Virus genome (UHGV): UHGV-1483955
Source: a virus
Strand: one strand, 5' to 3'
Length of the DNA: 64,000 bases
Shown here: one piece after another, positions 21,456 through 30,334 of the stretch
Layout of the letters: each line of letters begins with the position of its first letter
Numbering within the stretch: position 1 is the stretch's first letter
Notes under the pieces: model-generated
Database searches by the model: none
What the model was told of the DNA's origin: nothing
What the model saw: only the letters and a program-made list of their open reading frames with translations
Program-made: the position numbers and the translations under genes

Positions 21456-22334
21456 GTGAGTATGCATCAAGTCGTCAGCTTTTCAGGTGGACGAACATCG
21501 GCTTATCTCGTTCATCTGATGGAAGCACAGCGAAAAGCTGGCGCTAGCGTCCATTTCATTTTTATGGATACCGGCTGTGAACATCCTCTGACGTATCGCT
21601 TTATTCGTGAGGTTGTGAAGTTCTGGAACGTACCGCTAACGGTGTTGCAGGTCGATATAAATCCAGAACTTGGGCAGCCAAATGGTTATACGGAATGGGA
21701 ACCAAAGGATATTCAGACGCGAATGCCGGTGCTTAAACCGTTTATGGACATGGTTAAAAAGTACGGTACGCCATACATCGGCGGCGCGTTCTGTACCGAC
21801 AGGCTAAAACTCACCCCTTTCACGAAATATTGCGATGACCATTTTGGGCGAGGGAATTACATCACATGGCTCGGTATTCGTGCGGACGAACCCCGTAGGC
21901 TGAAACCGAAACCGGGCGTCCGGTATCTTGCCGAACTGTCAGATTTTGATAAGTCGGATGTTATCCGGTGGTGGCGAAAACAACCTTTTGATTTGCAAAT
22001 CCCGGAGCACCTCGGGAACTGTGTTTTTTGCATCAAAAAGTCAACGCAAAAGCTGGGGCTTGCATGTAAAGACGAACCAGGTCTGATGCGGGTTTTTAAT
22101 GAACTGGTTACAGGCAAACACGTCAGGGATGGTCATCGCAGAACAGGTAAAGACGTTATGTACCGTGGCCACCTGACGCTTGACGGGATTGCCAGAATGT
22201 ATGCCGACAGTGACTACAGAAATTTGTATCAGGCGATGGTGCTGGCCAAGCGGTTTGATACTGGTTCGTGTTCCGAATCATGTGAAATCTGGGGTGACCA
22301 ATTGGAGTTGAAATTCGAAGAGGTAGTGGAATGA
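21456..22334 (+). CDS. PAPS reductase-like PP-loop ATP pyrophosphatase family protein
   Basis: VVSFSGGRTSAYL PP-loop (SGGxxS) near N-terminus. Confidence 0.7.
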   Translation: MSMHQVVSFSGGRTSAYLVHLMEAQRKAGASVHFIFMDTGCEHPLTYRFIREVVKFWNVPLTVLQVDINPELGQPNGYTEWEPKDIQTRMPVLKPFMDMVKKYGTPYIGGAFCTDRLKLTPFTKYCDDHFGRGNYITWLGIRADEPRRLKPKPGVRYLAELSDFDKSDVIRWWRKQPFDLQIPEHLGNCVFCIKKSTQKLGLACKDEPGLMRVFNELVTGKHVRDGHRRTGKDVMYRGHLTLDGIARMYADSDYRNLYQAMVLAKRFDTGSCSESCEIWGDQLELKFEEVVE

Positions 22335-22534
22335 CAATCGTAAAAACCCATACCGGTACCGTGATCACCAAAGATGGCCCGAAGGTAAAAAAACTGCACC
22401 AAACAGAGCGGATGTGGGTCGTTGGCAAAAACGAGTTTTACCACAAAGAAACTGGACGCCGCCATTTTGCAGAAAATACACGCCGCCGACTGCTGTTAGA
22501 CACCATCAAGCCTATCGAGGTGAAGCATGTTTAA
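22331..22534 (+). CDS. small hypothetical protein (67 aa)
   Basis: Start overlaps upstream stop. Confidence 0.4.
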   Translation: MTIVKTHTGTVITKDGPKVKKLHQTERMWVVGKNEFYHKETGRRHFAENTRRRLLLDTIKPIEVKHV

Positions 22535-22766
22535 ACAGAACGAAAAAGCTATCGCTCAAATTGCTGATTATATCCCGCGTGCGTGCCGGGGTATGCAGTT
22601 GCAGGAAGCCAAAGCGCGCCTGGAGAAAAAAATTGCGCTCTATATTGATGACGGCTGTGATTCCGCCGTTCTTAACGCGGCGTTCGCACCAGCTCTTAAC
22701 TGTCACACTCGGGAGTCTTTTTTTTCGTGCATCGCAGCGCAACTCCGCCAAGGAGGCAACCAGTGA
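22527..22766 (+). CDS. small protein with Ead/Ea22-like conserved C-terminus (..AAQLRQGGNQ)
   Basis: C-terminal decapeptide shared with 23395-24270 and 24554-25288; stop overlaps next GTG start. Confidence 0.45.
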   Translation: MFKQNEKAIAQIADYIPRACRGMQLQEAKARLEKKIALYIDDGCDSAVLNAAFAPALNCHTRESFFSCIAAQLRQGGNQ

Positions 22767-23407
22767 GTAACCGTTTTTACATGATGTGCTTGCGTGAAAC
22801 TGTGGGTAATAACGCCTCATTCCATTGCCATAACGGCAATGGTTACAGTTCTGATATCGATCGCGCTCATATTTACACGCTGGAAGAAGCCCAAAAAGCC
22901 TGGAATTGTGGGCGAGATATCGATCAGCCTGTTTGTGCCGATAGTGTGGATGCAATGGCTGTGTGGCACGTTGATTGCCAGTACATCCCTACAGAAAGCC
23001 TGATTGAGTCAGATTGCACTGAGTATGTGGCCTACAAAAAAGGTAGCTGGAACGGCAACGATGTTTACTGGCTTCAACACGGTGGATTGCCAACAGATGA
23101 CTTCAGTAAAGCGACCATCTTTAGCGTCGTCAACAAAAACGAACCAGGAATAGTTTGGTTGCCATTTTCCATTGCTGATGCAGCAAAGCGCCGGACGTTC
23201 AATATCAATAACTTTAACCGCAGAACAATGGTTCAGGGCGCAGGGTTGGTCATGCCTGACTGGTTGAAAGAGCAGAACAGAAGAAAGAAGTCGCGAAGCG
23301 GGAAGGTGCGTTGGAATTGTCCGCATTGCGGAAAAATAACCTGGCAGTACAGCCCATATGATTTTGAAGGCTGTAGTGATTACAACTGTGAAGGATGGCG
23401 AGAATGA
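22763..23407 (+). CDS. hypothetical protein with C-terminal Cys-rich zinc-ribbon-like motif
   Basis: GTG start after AGGAGG SD; CPHCG...C..C near C-terminus. Confidence 0.5.
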   Translation: MSNRFYMMCLRETVGNNASFHCHNGNGYSSDIDRAHIYTLEEAQKAWNCGRDIDQPVCADSVDAMAVWHVDCQYIPTESLIESDCTEYVAYKKGSWNGNDVYWLQHGGLPTDDFSKATIFSVVNKNEPGIVWLPFSIADAAKRRTFNINNFNRRTMVQGAGLVMPDWLKEQNRRKKSRSGKVRWNCPHCGKITWQYSPYDFEGCSDYNCEGWRE

Positions 23408-24270
23408 CAATTGACTATCAGGTACTGCGTGAGGCGGCAGAAAAGGCAACACCAGACGAATGGGTCGCATTTATTTCGACGGATACTGGTACTTATGCGG
23501 TGCACACGCCCGGTGATGAACGATGTGAAGACGTTATCAAATGGACCGGCTTTGATGGACAGAAAAATGCAGAGAACAACGCTCGTTATGTTGCCGCGTT
23601 CAACCCAAAGGTTGCACTGGAGCTGCTTGGTGAAATTAAGCGCCTGGAGGACACAAATATTGATGCTATGTGTCGAATTGCAGAGCTTGAGACTAATCTC
23701 GCGGCGCTGGCAGCGGAGAATGCGGCGCTGAAGGCCGGGGCTATGTATTTCTCATATGGCTCTGAATTTAGTTTCGAGTGTCACAAAACTGCTGAGGAGG
23801 CTATCGCTGCTGCTGAGGCTGCAATTGACGACTATAGAGGCGATGCTTGCGATGGATGGAGCGAAGAGGTCGAAAGCATTTGCTGGGGGGTAATTATTCA
23901 GCAGGCAACCAAGGTCGGTGAACGCAAGAAGAGGAAATGCGACAGAGTATCACCATGGATTGAAAGAGTTTGTGATTATGAGCTTCGACCTAATGTCGAA
24001 ATCCCAGCCACCGATGCTTTCCTGTCTGAAATTCGTGCGGAAGCACGCAACGAGGGGATTAACTATACCGCCAGCCGTCTTGCTGCTGCGTTCAATCACG
24101 GATTTATCAATAAGTCTTTGCGTGAAGTTTTCGACGTTACACGCATGATTTTGTCAGCGAAAGAAGAGTTGGCTAATGAAGCGCATCCGATTGATGGCCT
24201 GTCTGGTGAATATGCGGAGAAATCCCTTGAAGAATGGGCGGAACAAATTCGCAAAGGAAGCAGCCAGTGA
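23395..24270 (+). CDS. Ead/Ea22-like family protein (paralog A)
   Basis: N-terminal TIDYQVLREAAEKATPDEW, central coiled coil, PATDAFL motif, C-terminal EQIRKGSSQ. Confidence 0.55.
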   Translation: MARMTIDYQVLREAAEKATPDEWVAFISTDTGTYAVHTPGDERCEDVIKWTGFDGQKNAENNARYVAAFNPKVALELLGEIKRLEDTNIDAMCRIAELETNLAALAAENAALKAGAMYFSYGSEFSFECHKTAEEAIAAAEAAIDDYRGDACDGWSEEVESICWGVIIQQATKVGERKKRKCDRVSPWIERVCDYELRPNVEIPATDAFLSEIRAEARNEGINYTASRLAAAFNHGFINKSLREVFDVTRMILSAKEELANEAHPIDGLSGEYAEKSLEEWAEQIRKGSSQ

Positions 24271-24557
24271 ATATCGACACGACAATAACGATCGATACGC
24301 TCCTAAATACCGGTCTGGCACTTCTCGGTTGGCTTTACATCATGTCCCGCACATGGCGATGGCTGGGTTCCATTTTCCTAAAACAGTGGAAAAAACGGCG
24401 CAAACAGGAACTACGCCAGAAGGCATTAGAAGCGTTCTATGACGCATTTGAGCTTAGCCGCATTGAACCAGGTACAACAGCCAGGATAGCGACAAAAGGC
24501 GACCTGATGATAGTGATGTTCCGACAGGAGAGAGCAGAGAAAGGGGAATCAGCATGA
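24267..24557 (+). CDS. small putative membrane protein
   Basis: GTG start overlapping previous stop (GTGA); hydrophobic segment LLNTGLALLGWLYIM. Confidence 0.4.
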   Translation: MNIDTTITIDTLLNTGLALLGWLYIMSRTWRWLGSIFLKQWKKRRKQELRQKALEAFYDAFELSRIEPGTTARIATKGDLMIVMFRQERAEKGESA

Positions 24558-25288
24558 AATTTTCCAAATTTTCTGAGTTGGTGAATCGTATTTTGTCCAA
24601 CAACCACAGCCATCGTCGCGATATGGATGTAACAATCGTTGTTCATTCGCCTGGCAGCATTGGTTCAACACCTTCAGTTGAGGTTCAGTCAATTCACGCT
24701 GGTTTTGATTGGGATTCCGGGAAAGTGCTTATTTTCCCATCACAGCCACTGACCACGCTAACACCAGAACAGATTACTGATATCACTGATAGTGTGCGCA
24801 AAGGTCAGTCTTGGCACGCATATCAGGAATACAAGAAGCATCAAGAGCAGTTGGAAAAATTGTCGATTGAACTGGATGCCGCAAAACAGCGCATTGCAGA
24901 GCTGGAGGGTAATCGCACGGCGCTGGCAGTGGAGAATGAGCTGGCTCGTAAGGCAGTTCAGGCATTCTGCGATGTTGTTGGCGACAACACCGAGGTTATC
25001 GCTGAGGTGGTTGGGCGAGATGGCGTTCTGGTTATTTTGGAGGCCATGAAGGCAACAGGAAATATGCCAGCCACCGATGCTTTCCTGGCTGAAGTGCGGG
25101 CGCAGGGCGTGGATGCTGCTATAGAAGCTGCAAAAAATCTGGTGGCCCAAGAATATGAGTATAAGGATTTCAAAGCGGCGCAGAGTGATTGCTGTATGCA
25201 CCCTGGTTCAGACCTGGTAGGGAAGGTTGAAATGACTGAGTGGTTAGTTGACTTTGCTGCCCAGCTTCGCAAAGGAGGCAACCAGTGA
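24554..25288 (+). CDS. Ead/Ea22-like family protein (paralog B)
   Basis: Shares coiled coil, MPATDAFLAEVRA and C-terminal AAQLRKGGNQ with paralog A. Confidence 0.55.
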   Translation: MKFSKFSELVNRILSNNHSHRRDMDVTIVVHSPGSIGSTPSVEVQSIHAGFDWDSGKVLIFPSQPLTTLTPEQITDITDSVRKGQSWHAYQEYKKHQEQLEKLSIELDAAKQRIAELEGNRTALAVENELARKAVQAFCDVVGDNTEVIAEVVGRDGVLVILEAMKATGNMPATDAFLAEVRAQGVDAAIEAAKNLVAQEYEYKDFKAAQSDCCMHPGSDLVGKVEMTEWLVDFAAQLRKGGNQ

Positions 25289-25875
25289 GCAAGATTGATT
25301 ATCAAAAGCTTCGTGAAATCGCTGAAAAAACAAAAATTGCTGGTGAAGCACCTGTAATGCCCTTCGATCAGCGAATTAATGCGCTTAACGATTTTATGAA
25401 GCACTTTTCGCCAGATATCGCGCTGGCACTGCTGGATGAACTGGAAAGAAACCAGCAATACATCAAACGCCGCGACCAGGAGAACGAGGAAATTGCTCTT
25501 ACGGTTGGGAAGCTGCTAATCGAAAACGGCCGGCTTGTTGCCGATACGCTACGCCACTTAGCTGATAACGAAATCGACTCTGATTATTTTGCTATCACCT
25601 CAACGAATGAGAACGGTACTGAAATTGATCATGAGATGGCTATTACCGATTACGCACTGCAAGCTGCCGGAACTGTAGACGAATTGGTTGCGGCGCTGGA
25701 ATCCGCAGAGAAGCGCATAGCAGAACTGGAAGCACGGGAAATATCGCTCCCAGAACGTAGCAGCATGCTTCATCGAACAGATTTTCACGAGGATTACCAA
25801 ACGGTAATGGCATACAAAGTTTCTGAGGTCATCGCTGCAATCCGCGCCGCTGGCATTCGCATCAAAGGAGAGTGA
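25285..25875 (+). CDS. Ead/Ea22-like N-terminal domain protein (paralog C)
   Basis: GTG start; MSKIDYQKLREIAEK...FSPDIALALLDELE parallels paralog A N-terminus. Confidence 0.5.
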   Translation: MSKIDYQKLREIAEKTKIAGEAPVMPFDQRINALNDFMKHFSPDIALALLDELERNQQYIKRRDQENEEIALTVGKLLIENGRLVADTLRHLADNEIDSDYFAITSTNENGTEIDHEMAITDYALQAAGTVDELVAALESAEKRIAELEAREISLPERSSMLHRTDFHEDYQTVMAYKVSEVIAAIRAAGIRIKGE

Positions 25876-25876
25876 T

Positions 25877-26839
25877 ATGAGCGCTATAACCAAAGAACGT
25901 ATCAAATTATTCATTAAAAATCCGCTTGATAACGGACTTACTCGTGGCGAACAAATGGAACTGGCACGAATTGCGCTGGCATCGCTGGAAGCAGAACCGG
26001 TGGCATGGACTGATGAAGAGGAACTGCGCGATGTCAGGAAGTATGGTTTCGGTGAGATATTTCAGTGTCCGCCAGATAAATATGCGGACCCGCGTCGTGT
26101 AATCTCGCTGTATCGCGAGCTGCCAGCACCGGTAGTGCCAGATGATTGGCAACTCGTACCTAAGAAAATAACACTGGAAATGGAATGTGCTCTATCAAAA
26201 GCTGATAGCTATGAAATTGGTTGGCTATGGGCATTGGCAGCCGCACCTAAATACGAAGTACAGAACGCTAAACGCGTGCAAAACGCGCTTAACGCCTGCC
26301 GCGCCGCCATGCTTCAGTCCGGAAACTTTCGGGAAAACAAGAATTCGTCAACCAATAATTTTCGGGAAATCGCGGAAACGTCAACCAACTATCCGGCAAT
26401 TCCTAGTGAGGTGTTGTCCGCAATCCTGAAGGTTGCCAGGATTCGTGCCGATTTCGATGATTTTGACGGTGACAGGCGAGGTATCGGTGATTGTCTGGAT
26501 GAGGCTGAGCAAGAGCTTATCGTTACCATTAACAAATATGCCAGTCAGTTGGCAGCAGAACCGATAGCGACTAATGACGTTCGAGAGCAGCAGACAGCCA
26601 TTCCGCAAGTTCCGGTAACTCCGGATGGTTGGATAAGCTGTAGTGAGCGAATGCCGAATACCAAAACGGCCGTTCTTGTTGCCGTGGAGTTTGACAGGAA
26701 AGGTGACTGGCGAATGAAATGGGCTACTTACATCCCGGGGCATCCTGACGCTAATGATGGGTGGATAATTCCTGGTGCGTCGTGGAAACCGTCACACTGG
26801 ATGCCGCTACCAGAACCGCCGCAGGAGGTGAATCAATGA
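25877..26839 (+). CDS. DUF551-like C-terminal domain protein
   Basis: C-terminal GWISCSERMP...SHWMPLPEPP matches DUF551 signature. Confidence 0.6.
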   Translation: MSAITKERIKLFIKNPLDNGLTRGEQMELARIALASLEAEPVAWTDEEELRDVRKYGFGEIFQCPPDKYADPRRVISLYRELPAPVVPDDWQLVPKKITLEMECALSKADSYEIGWLWALAAAPKYEVQNAKRVQNALNACRAAMLQSGNFRENKNSSTNNFREIAETSTNYPAIPSEVLSAILKVARIRADFDDFDGDRRGIGDCLDEAEQELIVTINKYASQLAAEPIATNDVREQQTAIPQVPVTPDGWISCSERMPNTKTAVLVAVEFDRKGDWRMKWATYIPGHPDANDGWIIPGASWKPSHWMPLPEPPQEVNQ

Positions 26840-26919
26840 GCTGGCCTGAAGCATTCGCAACGGTAGGAATTGTGATGGCGGCAGCACTGGGTTTGTATTC
26901 AATTTGTCGCTGGTGGTAA
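26836..26919 (+). CDS. small hydrophobic peptide (27 aa, MSWPEAFATVGIVMAAALGLYSICRWW)
   Basis: AGGAGGTG SD 5 nt upstream; ATG overlaps upstream stop (ATGA). Confidence 0.35.
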   Translation: MSWPEAFATVGIVMAAALGLYSICRWW

Positions 26920-26921
26920 CG

Positions 26922-27155
26922 ATGGGGAAATTAACTTTTGTAGTCGAATTTGAGGATGGTAAAGAGCCACCTGTTAGCGCCAATCTTGATGTTGCTGGTG
27001 GCAGGCTTGTTTCGGTTCTATTTGGTGACTACCGAGATGACTTCTTCCAACCAGAAGAAGTTGATGTAGTGCGAGAGGCATTAAACGAGTTAAGTGTTGA
27101 TAACGATGATGCTCATGCGGAAATCATCCAAAAAATGGAACTGCTAACTCACTAA
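26922..27155 (+). CDS. small acidic hypothetical protein
   Basis: ATG 2 nt after upstream stop. Confidence 0.4.
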   Translation: MGKLTFVVEFEDGKEPPVSANLDVAGGRLVSVLFGDYRDDFFQPEEVDVVREALNELSVDNDDAHAEIIQKMELLTH

Positions 27156-27203
27156 ATTATCAATTATGGTGCTATCACCTACGACACCGAGAGAGAATTT
27201 ATA

Positions 27204-27326
27204 ATGTCAAAAGTAAATGTTTTGATTTTTTCAGCAATTGTTGGCTTTGGTTTTACTGCCGGAGTGCAGATTTATATTACGTGGGAAAAAATCATCAACT
27301 ACGCATGGAGTTGTTTTATTAAGTGA
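27204..27326 (+). CDS. small membrane peptide (40 aa)
   Basis: AT-rich; hydrophobic core LIFSAIVGFGFTAGVQIYI. Confidence 0.3.
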   Translation: MSKVNVLIFSAIVGFGFTAGVQIYITWEKIINYAWSCFIK

Positions 27327-27333
27327 GGTAAGT

Positions 27334-27627
27334 ATGTGGAGAGGTAATAGTCATGGCAAAAGCCAGATGATACTTACCGAATATCAGTTTGACCATAAAA
27401 CCAATAAATCACGTTCAGTATATTTGCTTCGGCACAATAGCCGCGTAAGGAATACCGTGCTGGAGCAAAATCTGACTGTTGAAATGGATAATTACGGGGG
27501 CTTCAAGCCAACAATTTCGCTTGATGATTTTCCTCGTGGTTTAAGCGAAAGAGAAGCAATGCTGAAATTAGCAGAATGGCTACAAAGATTAAGCATTGCT
27601 ATTGAAGATAACTGGTCTGAACCTTAA
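27334..27627 (+). CDS. hypothetical protein (97 aa), AT-rich
   Basis: GAGG SD 5 nt upstream of ATG. Confidence 0.45.
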   Translation: MWRGNSHGKSQMILTEYQFDHKTNKSRSVYLLRHNSRVRNTVLEQNLTVEMDNYGGFKPTISLDDFPRGLSEREAMLKLAEWLQRLSIAIEDNWSEP

Positions 27628-27633
27628 ATTTAT

Positions 27634-28008
27634 ATGATGACACTAAAACATTTTCTTGACCGCCCATTATGGGCGGCAGCCGCAGGCTATGACTTTAATT
27701 ATATGGATTGCATGTCTTATACCGCCAATGCATACGACCATTCCTTCAGTCTGCTGTTTAATTCTTTAAGAATATTGCCGCAAACAGAAGTTGGAGAGCT
27801 TCATTTATGGCTATTGGGCTTTATCGCGGCTGTCGTTGGTATTGCTGTATGGCCTTTTATTTTCTGGCTGGTGGCTGTTGTAGTGTGGGTTAAGTGCAAG
27901 ACATACCGGAAAAAGTATTTCTTAGGTGATGGAATGACTGATATTGCCAAAATGAACATTGAAGAATGGACTAAGGAATGTGAAAAGAAATGGCGCAAAA
28001 AGAAATGA
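27634..28008 (+). CDS. membrane protein (124 aa) with basic C-terminal tail
   Basis: TM segment LWLLGFIAAVVGIAVWPFIFWLVAVVVWV. Confidence 0.5.
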   Translation: MMTLKHFLDRPLWAAAAGYDFNYMDCMSYTANAYDHSFSLLFNSLRILPQTEVGELHLWLLGFIAAVVGIAVWPFIFWLVAVVVWVKCKTYRKKYFLGDGMTDIAKMNIEEWTKECEKKWRKKK

Positions 28009-28640
28009 CCAGAATCACTGAAGAGCGCATATCAGAGATTATTTCCCGTATCGAAATGTATGGTCACGGTGCTGGATATACGGCAGATGAAGTATTGGAA
28101 ATAGCCCAGCAGATGCTGGCCTTGAGACAAAAAGAGCAACATGAAAGTAATACGTGTAGATTGAATTTTGAGCATTGGCTGGAACAGCAACGCGGGAAAA
28201 TCGATGTGGACTGTGGTTGTGTGTCCACTGAAACATTCATGCACTGGCTGCGGGTAGCTTACGAGGCTGGCAACTATCCGGATATTCCGGATAGTTCGGT
28301 GCCAGCACCAGGAAAGGGCGTCACCGGTGAACGTATCCGAATTAAGCCGCATGTTTATCGCGAACTGGTTAACCGTCTCCACGATACAGCGATCAAGTGT
28401 GCTGGCACCCAGCAATTACGAGAAAGAATTAGCCGTGTTTTGGGCGACGTTATTACACCAGATCATCATAAACAAGCCGAGAAAAGTGGCCTGGAAAGGT
28501 GTCGCCTTGAGGCGGCATTAAACATTAAGCCGGGGCATACGCTTGGCATTATTGATGCACTATTGGTTCATAAGATGGCCAGGGCTTTATTGCCGCTGGT
28601 GGCTGAAAAGCATGAGGTGGACCATGCCAACGAAAGCTGA
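27990..28640 (+). CDS. hypothetical protein (216 aa)
   Basis: ORF overlapping neighbours on both sides. Confidence 0.5.
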   Translation: MAQKEMTRITEERISEIISRIEMYGHGAGYTADEVLEIAQQMLALRQKEQHESNTCRLNFEHWLEQQRGKIDVDCGCVSTETFMHWLRVAYEAGNYPDIPDSSVPAPGKGVTGERIRIKPHVYRELVNRLHDTAIKCAGTQQLRERISRVLGDVITPDHHKQAEKSGLERCRLEAALNIKPGHTLGIIDALLVHKMARALLPLVAEKHEVDHANES

Positions 28641-28908
28641 ATTACAGGTGCGCGTAGATGAGCTTGAAAAAGAGAACGCGAGCCTCAAAAAAATGCTGTC
28701 GCGGGCGGAAAGGGAATTATCAGGCAAATTATTGCCAGAAGAACTGCCACCAGCAGATATACCTGATCGAGTGTCCTGGTGGATGAAGTATTTCCGTGCA
28801 CCGTGGGAGGCGTTTTGGTGCTACGACCATCGCAGATGGTGTGATGAACTTGATAGCAATTTTCCCTACTTTGCGGAAGGGAACACCTGCCCTCAATGCA
28901 GGGGATAG
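28624..28908 (+). CDS. coiled-coil protein with C-terminal CxxC motif
   Basis: GAGGTGG SD; ELQVRVDELEKENASLKKML coiled coil; C-terminal TCPQCRG. Confidence 0.45.
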   Translation: MPTKAELQVRVDELEKENASLKKMLSRAERELSGKLLPEELPPADIPDRVSWWMKYFRAPWEAFWCYDHRRWCDELDSNFPYFAEGNTCPQCRG

Positions 28909-29243
28909 CATTTGACGAAATCGATCACCCTATCCTGAACTTCAGAAAGAAGGTCTTTTTCACGCGCCAGGACGTCAGGATATTGACGTTCTGGCCTTAC
29001 CAGATGCCGGAGCTTCCCATTAAGCAGAATGGCCTCAGAAAACACTTTTACGCTGTGCTTTATCCCCTCTGTTTCACTTTTCAGCGTCAAAATAAAGCGC
29101 AATTGCTTATTAGCCTGATTCGGATTCAATACACGAATTTGCAGTTCGTCTATGCTGTTTCGCAATGGGATTGATGCCACCACACTGGTGCAGTCTCTGA
29201 TTGTCTGAATTGAACGGCTAACATTGAGAACGTTATTGTGCAT
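28893..29243 (-). CDS. possible hypothetical protein (116 aa); orientation ambiguous
   Basis: Competes with plus-strand ORF 28896-29174; no motif support. Confidence 0.25.
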   Translation of the reverse strand: MHNNVLNVSRSIQTIRDCTSVVASIPLRNSIDELQIRVLNPNQANKQLRFILTLKSETEGIKHSVKVFSEAILLNGKLRHLVRPERQYPDVLAREKDLLSEVQDRVIDFVKCYPLH

Positions 29244-29275
29244 GTGCCTGATCCACTAACTCCTGGAGGTTTCTT

Positions 29276-29527
29276 GTGTCAGATCGAAATATAGCAGCTA
29301 AAAGCCAGGAAGAGCGAGACAAGGTGAACGTAGACCTTGCCGCCAGCGGCGTTGCTTACAAAGAACGGCTGAATATACCTGTGATTGCAGAGCAGGTGGC
29401 CCGTGAGCAACCGGAAAACCTGCGCGCCTATTTCATGGAACGGCTACGGCACTACCGGCAGTTAAGCCTCCAGTTGCCAAAAGGGAGCGATCCGGTGTAT
29501 CAGAACGAGGATGCACCAAAAAAATAA
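29276..29527 (+). CDS. hot: homolog of DNA polymerase III theta subunit
   Basis: [43 protein letters not shown] resembles HolE; GGAGG SD. Confidence 0.8.
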   Translation: MSDRNIAAKSQEERDKVNVDLAASGVAYKERLNIPVIAEQVAREQPENLRAYFMERLRHYRQLSLQLPKGSDPVYQNEDAPKK

Positions 29528-29612
29528 CGGCAAGATGGGGGAGAAATGTGATTAGCCCCCAGCGTGGCGCGCCTACAAACCCCGCTTTCACAAACTATGC
29601 CTTTTCAATGTA

Positions 29613-29632
29613 TACTGTATGAATAAACAGTA
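29613..29632 (+). promoter_or_regulatory. LexA (SOS) box TACTGTATGAATAAACAGTA
   Basis: CTGT-N8-ACAG palindrome 19 nt upstream of humD start. Confidence 0.8.
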
Positions 29633-29650
29633 TCATTGAGGTAAAACGCT

Positions 29651-30040
29651 ATGGGCTTCCCTTCTCCTGCGGCGGATTATGTTGAAAGCCGAATTTCTCT
29701 TGATCAGCAGATAATTAGACATCCTTCAGCGACCTACTTCATGCGGGCAGCTGATAGCCATCACCGTGAGGGAATATTGCAGGGTGCTTTGCTGGTGGTT
29801 GATTCCTCGCTTACTCCGGTTGATGGTTCTCTGCTTGTGTGCGCTATGGAGGGTGAATATCGCATAAAGAGATACAGGAAGTATCCGCGCCAGCACCTGG
29901 AGGACTTAAGCACCGGGAAGAAAGAGGCGTTACCAGTAGATGACGATGGATACACGGGCAGTAATGCTGTTTTTGGTGTGATCACTCATGTCATCAATGA
30001 TGCCCGAAGTGGGGAATTTGATGATTGTCCGGTTATTTAA
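29651..30040 (+). CDS. humD: UmuD'-like SOS mutagenesis protein
   Basis: UmuD/LexA C-terminal domain-like sequence; LexA box upstream. Confidence 0.8.
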   Translation: MGFPSPAADYVESRISLDQQIIRHPSATYFMRAADSHHREGILQGALLVVDSSLTPVDGSLLVCAMEGEYRIKRYRKYPRQHLEDLSTGKKEALPVDDDGYTGSNAVFGVITHVINDARSGEFDDCPVI

Positions 30041-30112
30041 GCTGCAAAGTGCTGGTGCTTTATGCCTGTGAAGTTTATAATTGTGTACACATAACGAGTA
30101 CACGAGGTGTTT

Positions 30113-30334
30113 ATGCAATCCATTAACTTCCGTACCGCGCGCGGCAACCTTTCTGAAGTGCTCAACAATGTTGAAGCCGGGGAAGAGGTTGAAATCACCC
30201 GCAGAGGCCGTGAGCCAGCAGTAATTGTCAGCAAGGCTACTTTCGAAGCCTACAAAAAAGCGGCGCTGGATGCTGAATTTGCATCCCTGTTTGACACCCT
30301 GGACTCCACCAACAAGGAACTGGTTAACCGATAA
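30113..30334 (+). CDS. phd: Phd antitoxin
   Basis: 73-aa [39 protein letters not shown].. as P1 Phd; stop overlaps doc start. Confidence 0.9.
   Translation: MQSINFRTARGNLSEVLNNVEAGEEVEITRRGREPAVIVSKATFEAYKKAALDAEFASLFDTLDSTNKELVNR

Noticed and set aside
28896-29174. Plus-strand 92-codon ORF competing with minus-strand ORF 28893-29243
   Set aside because: Neither has motif support; only one can be real and sequence alone cannot decide, so only the longer is listed at low confidence
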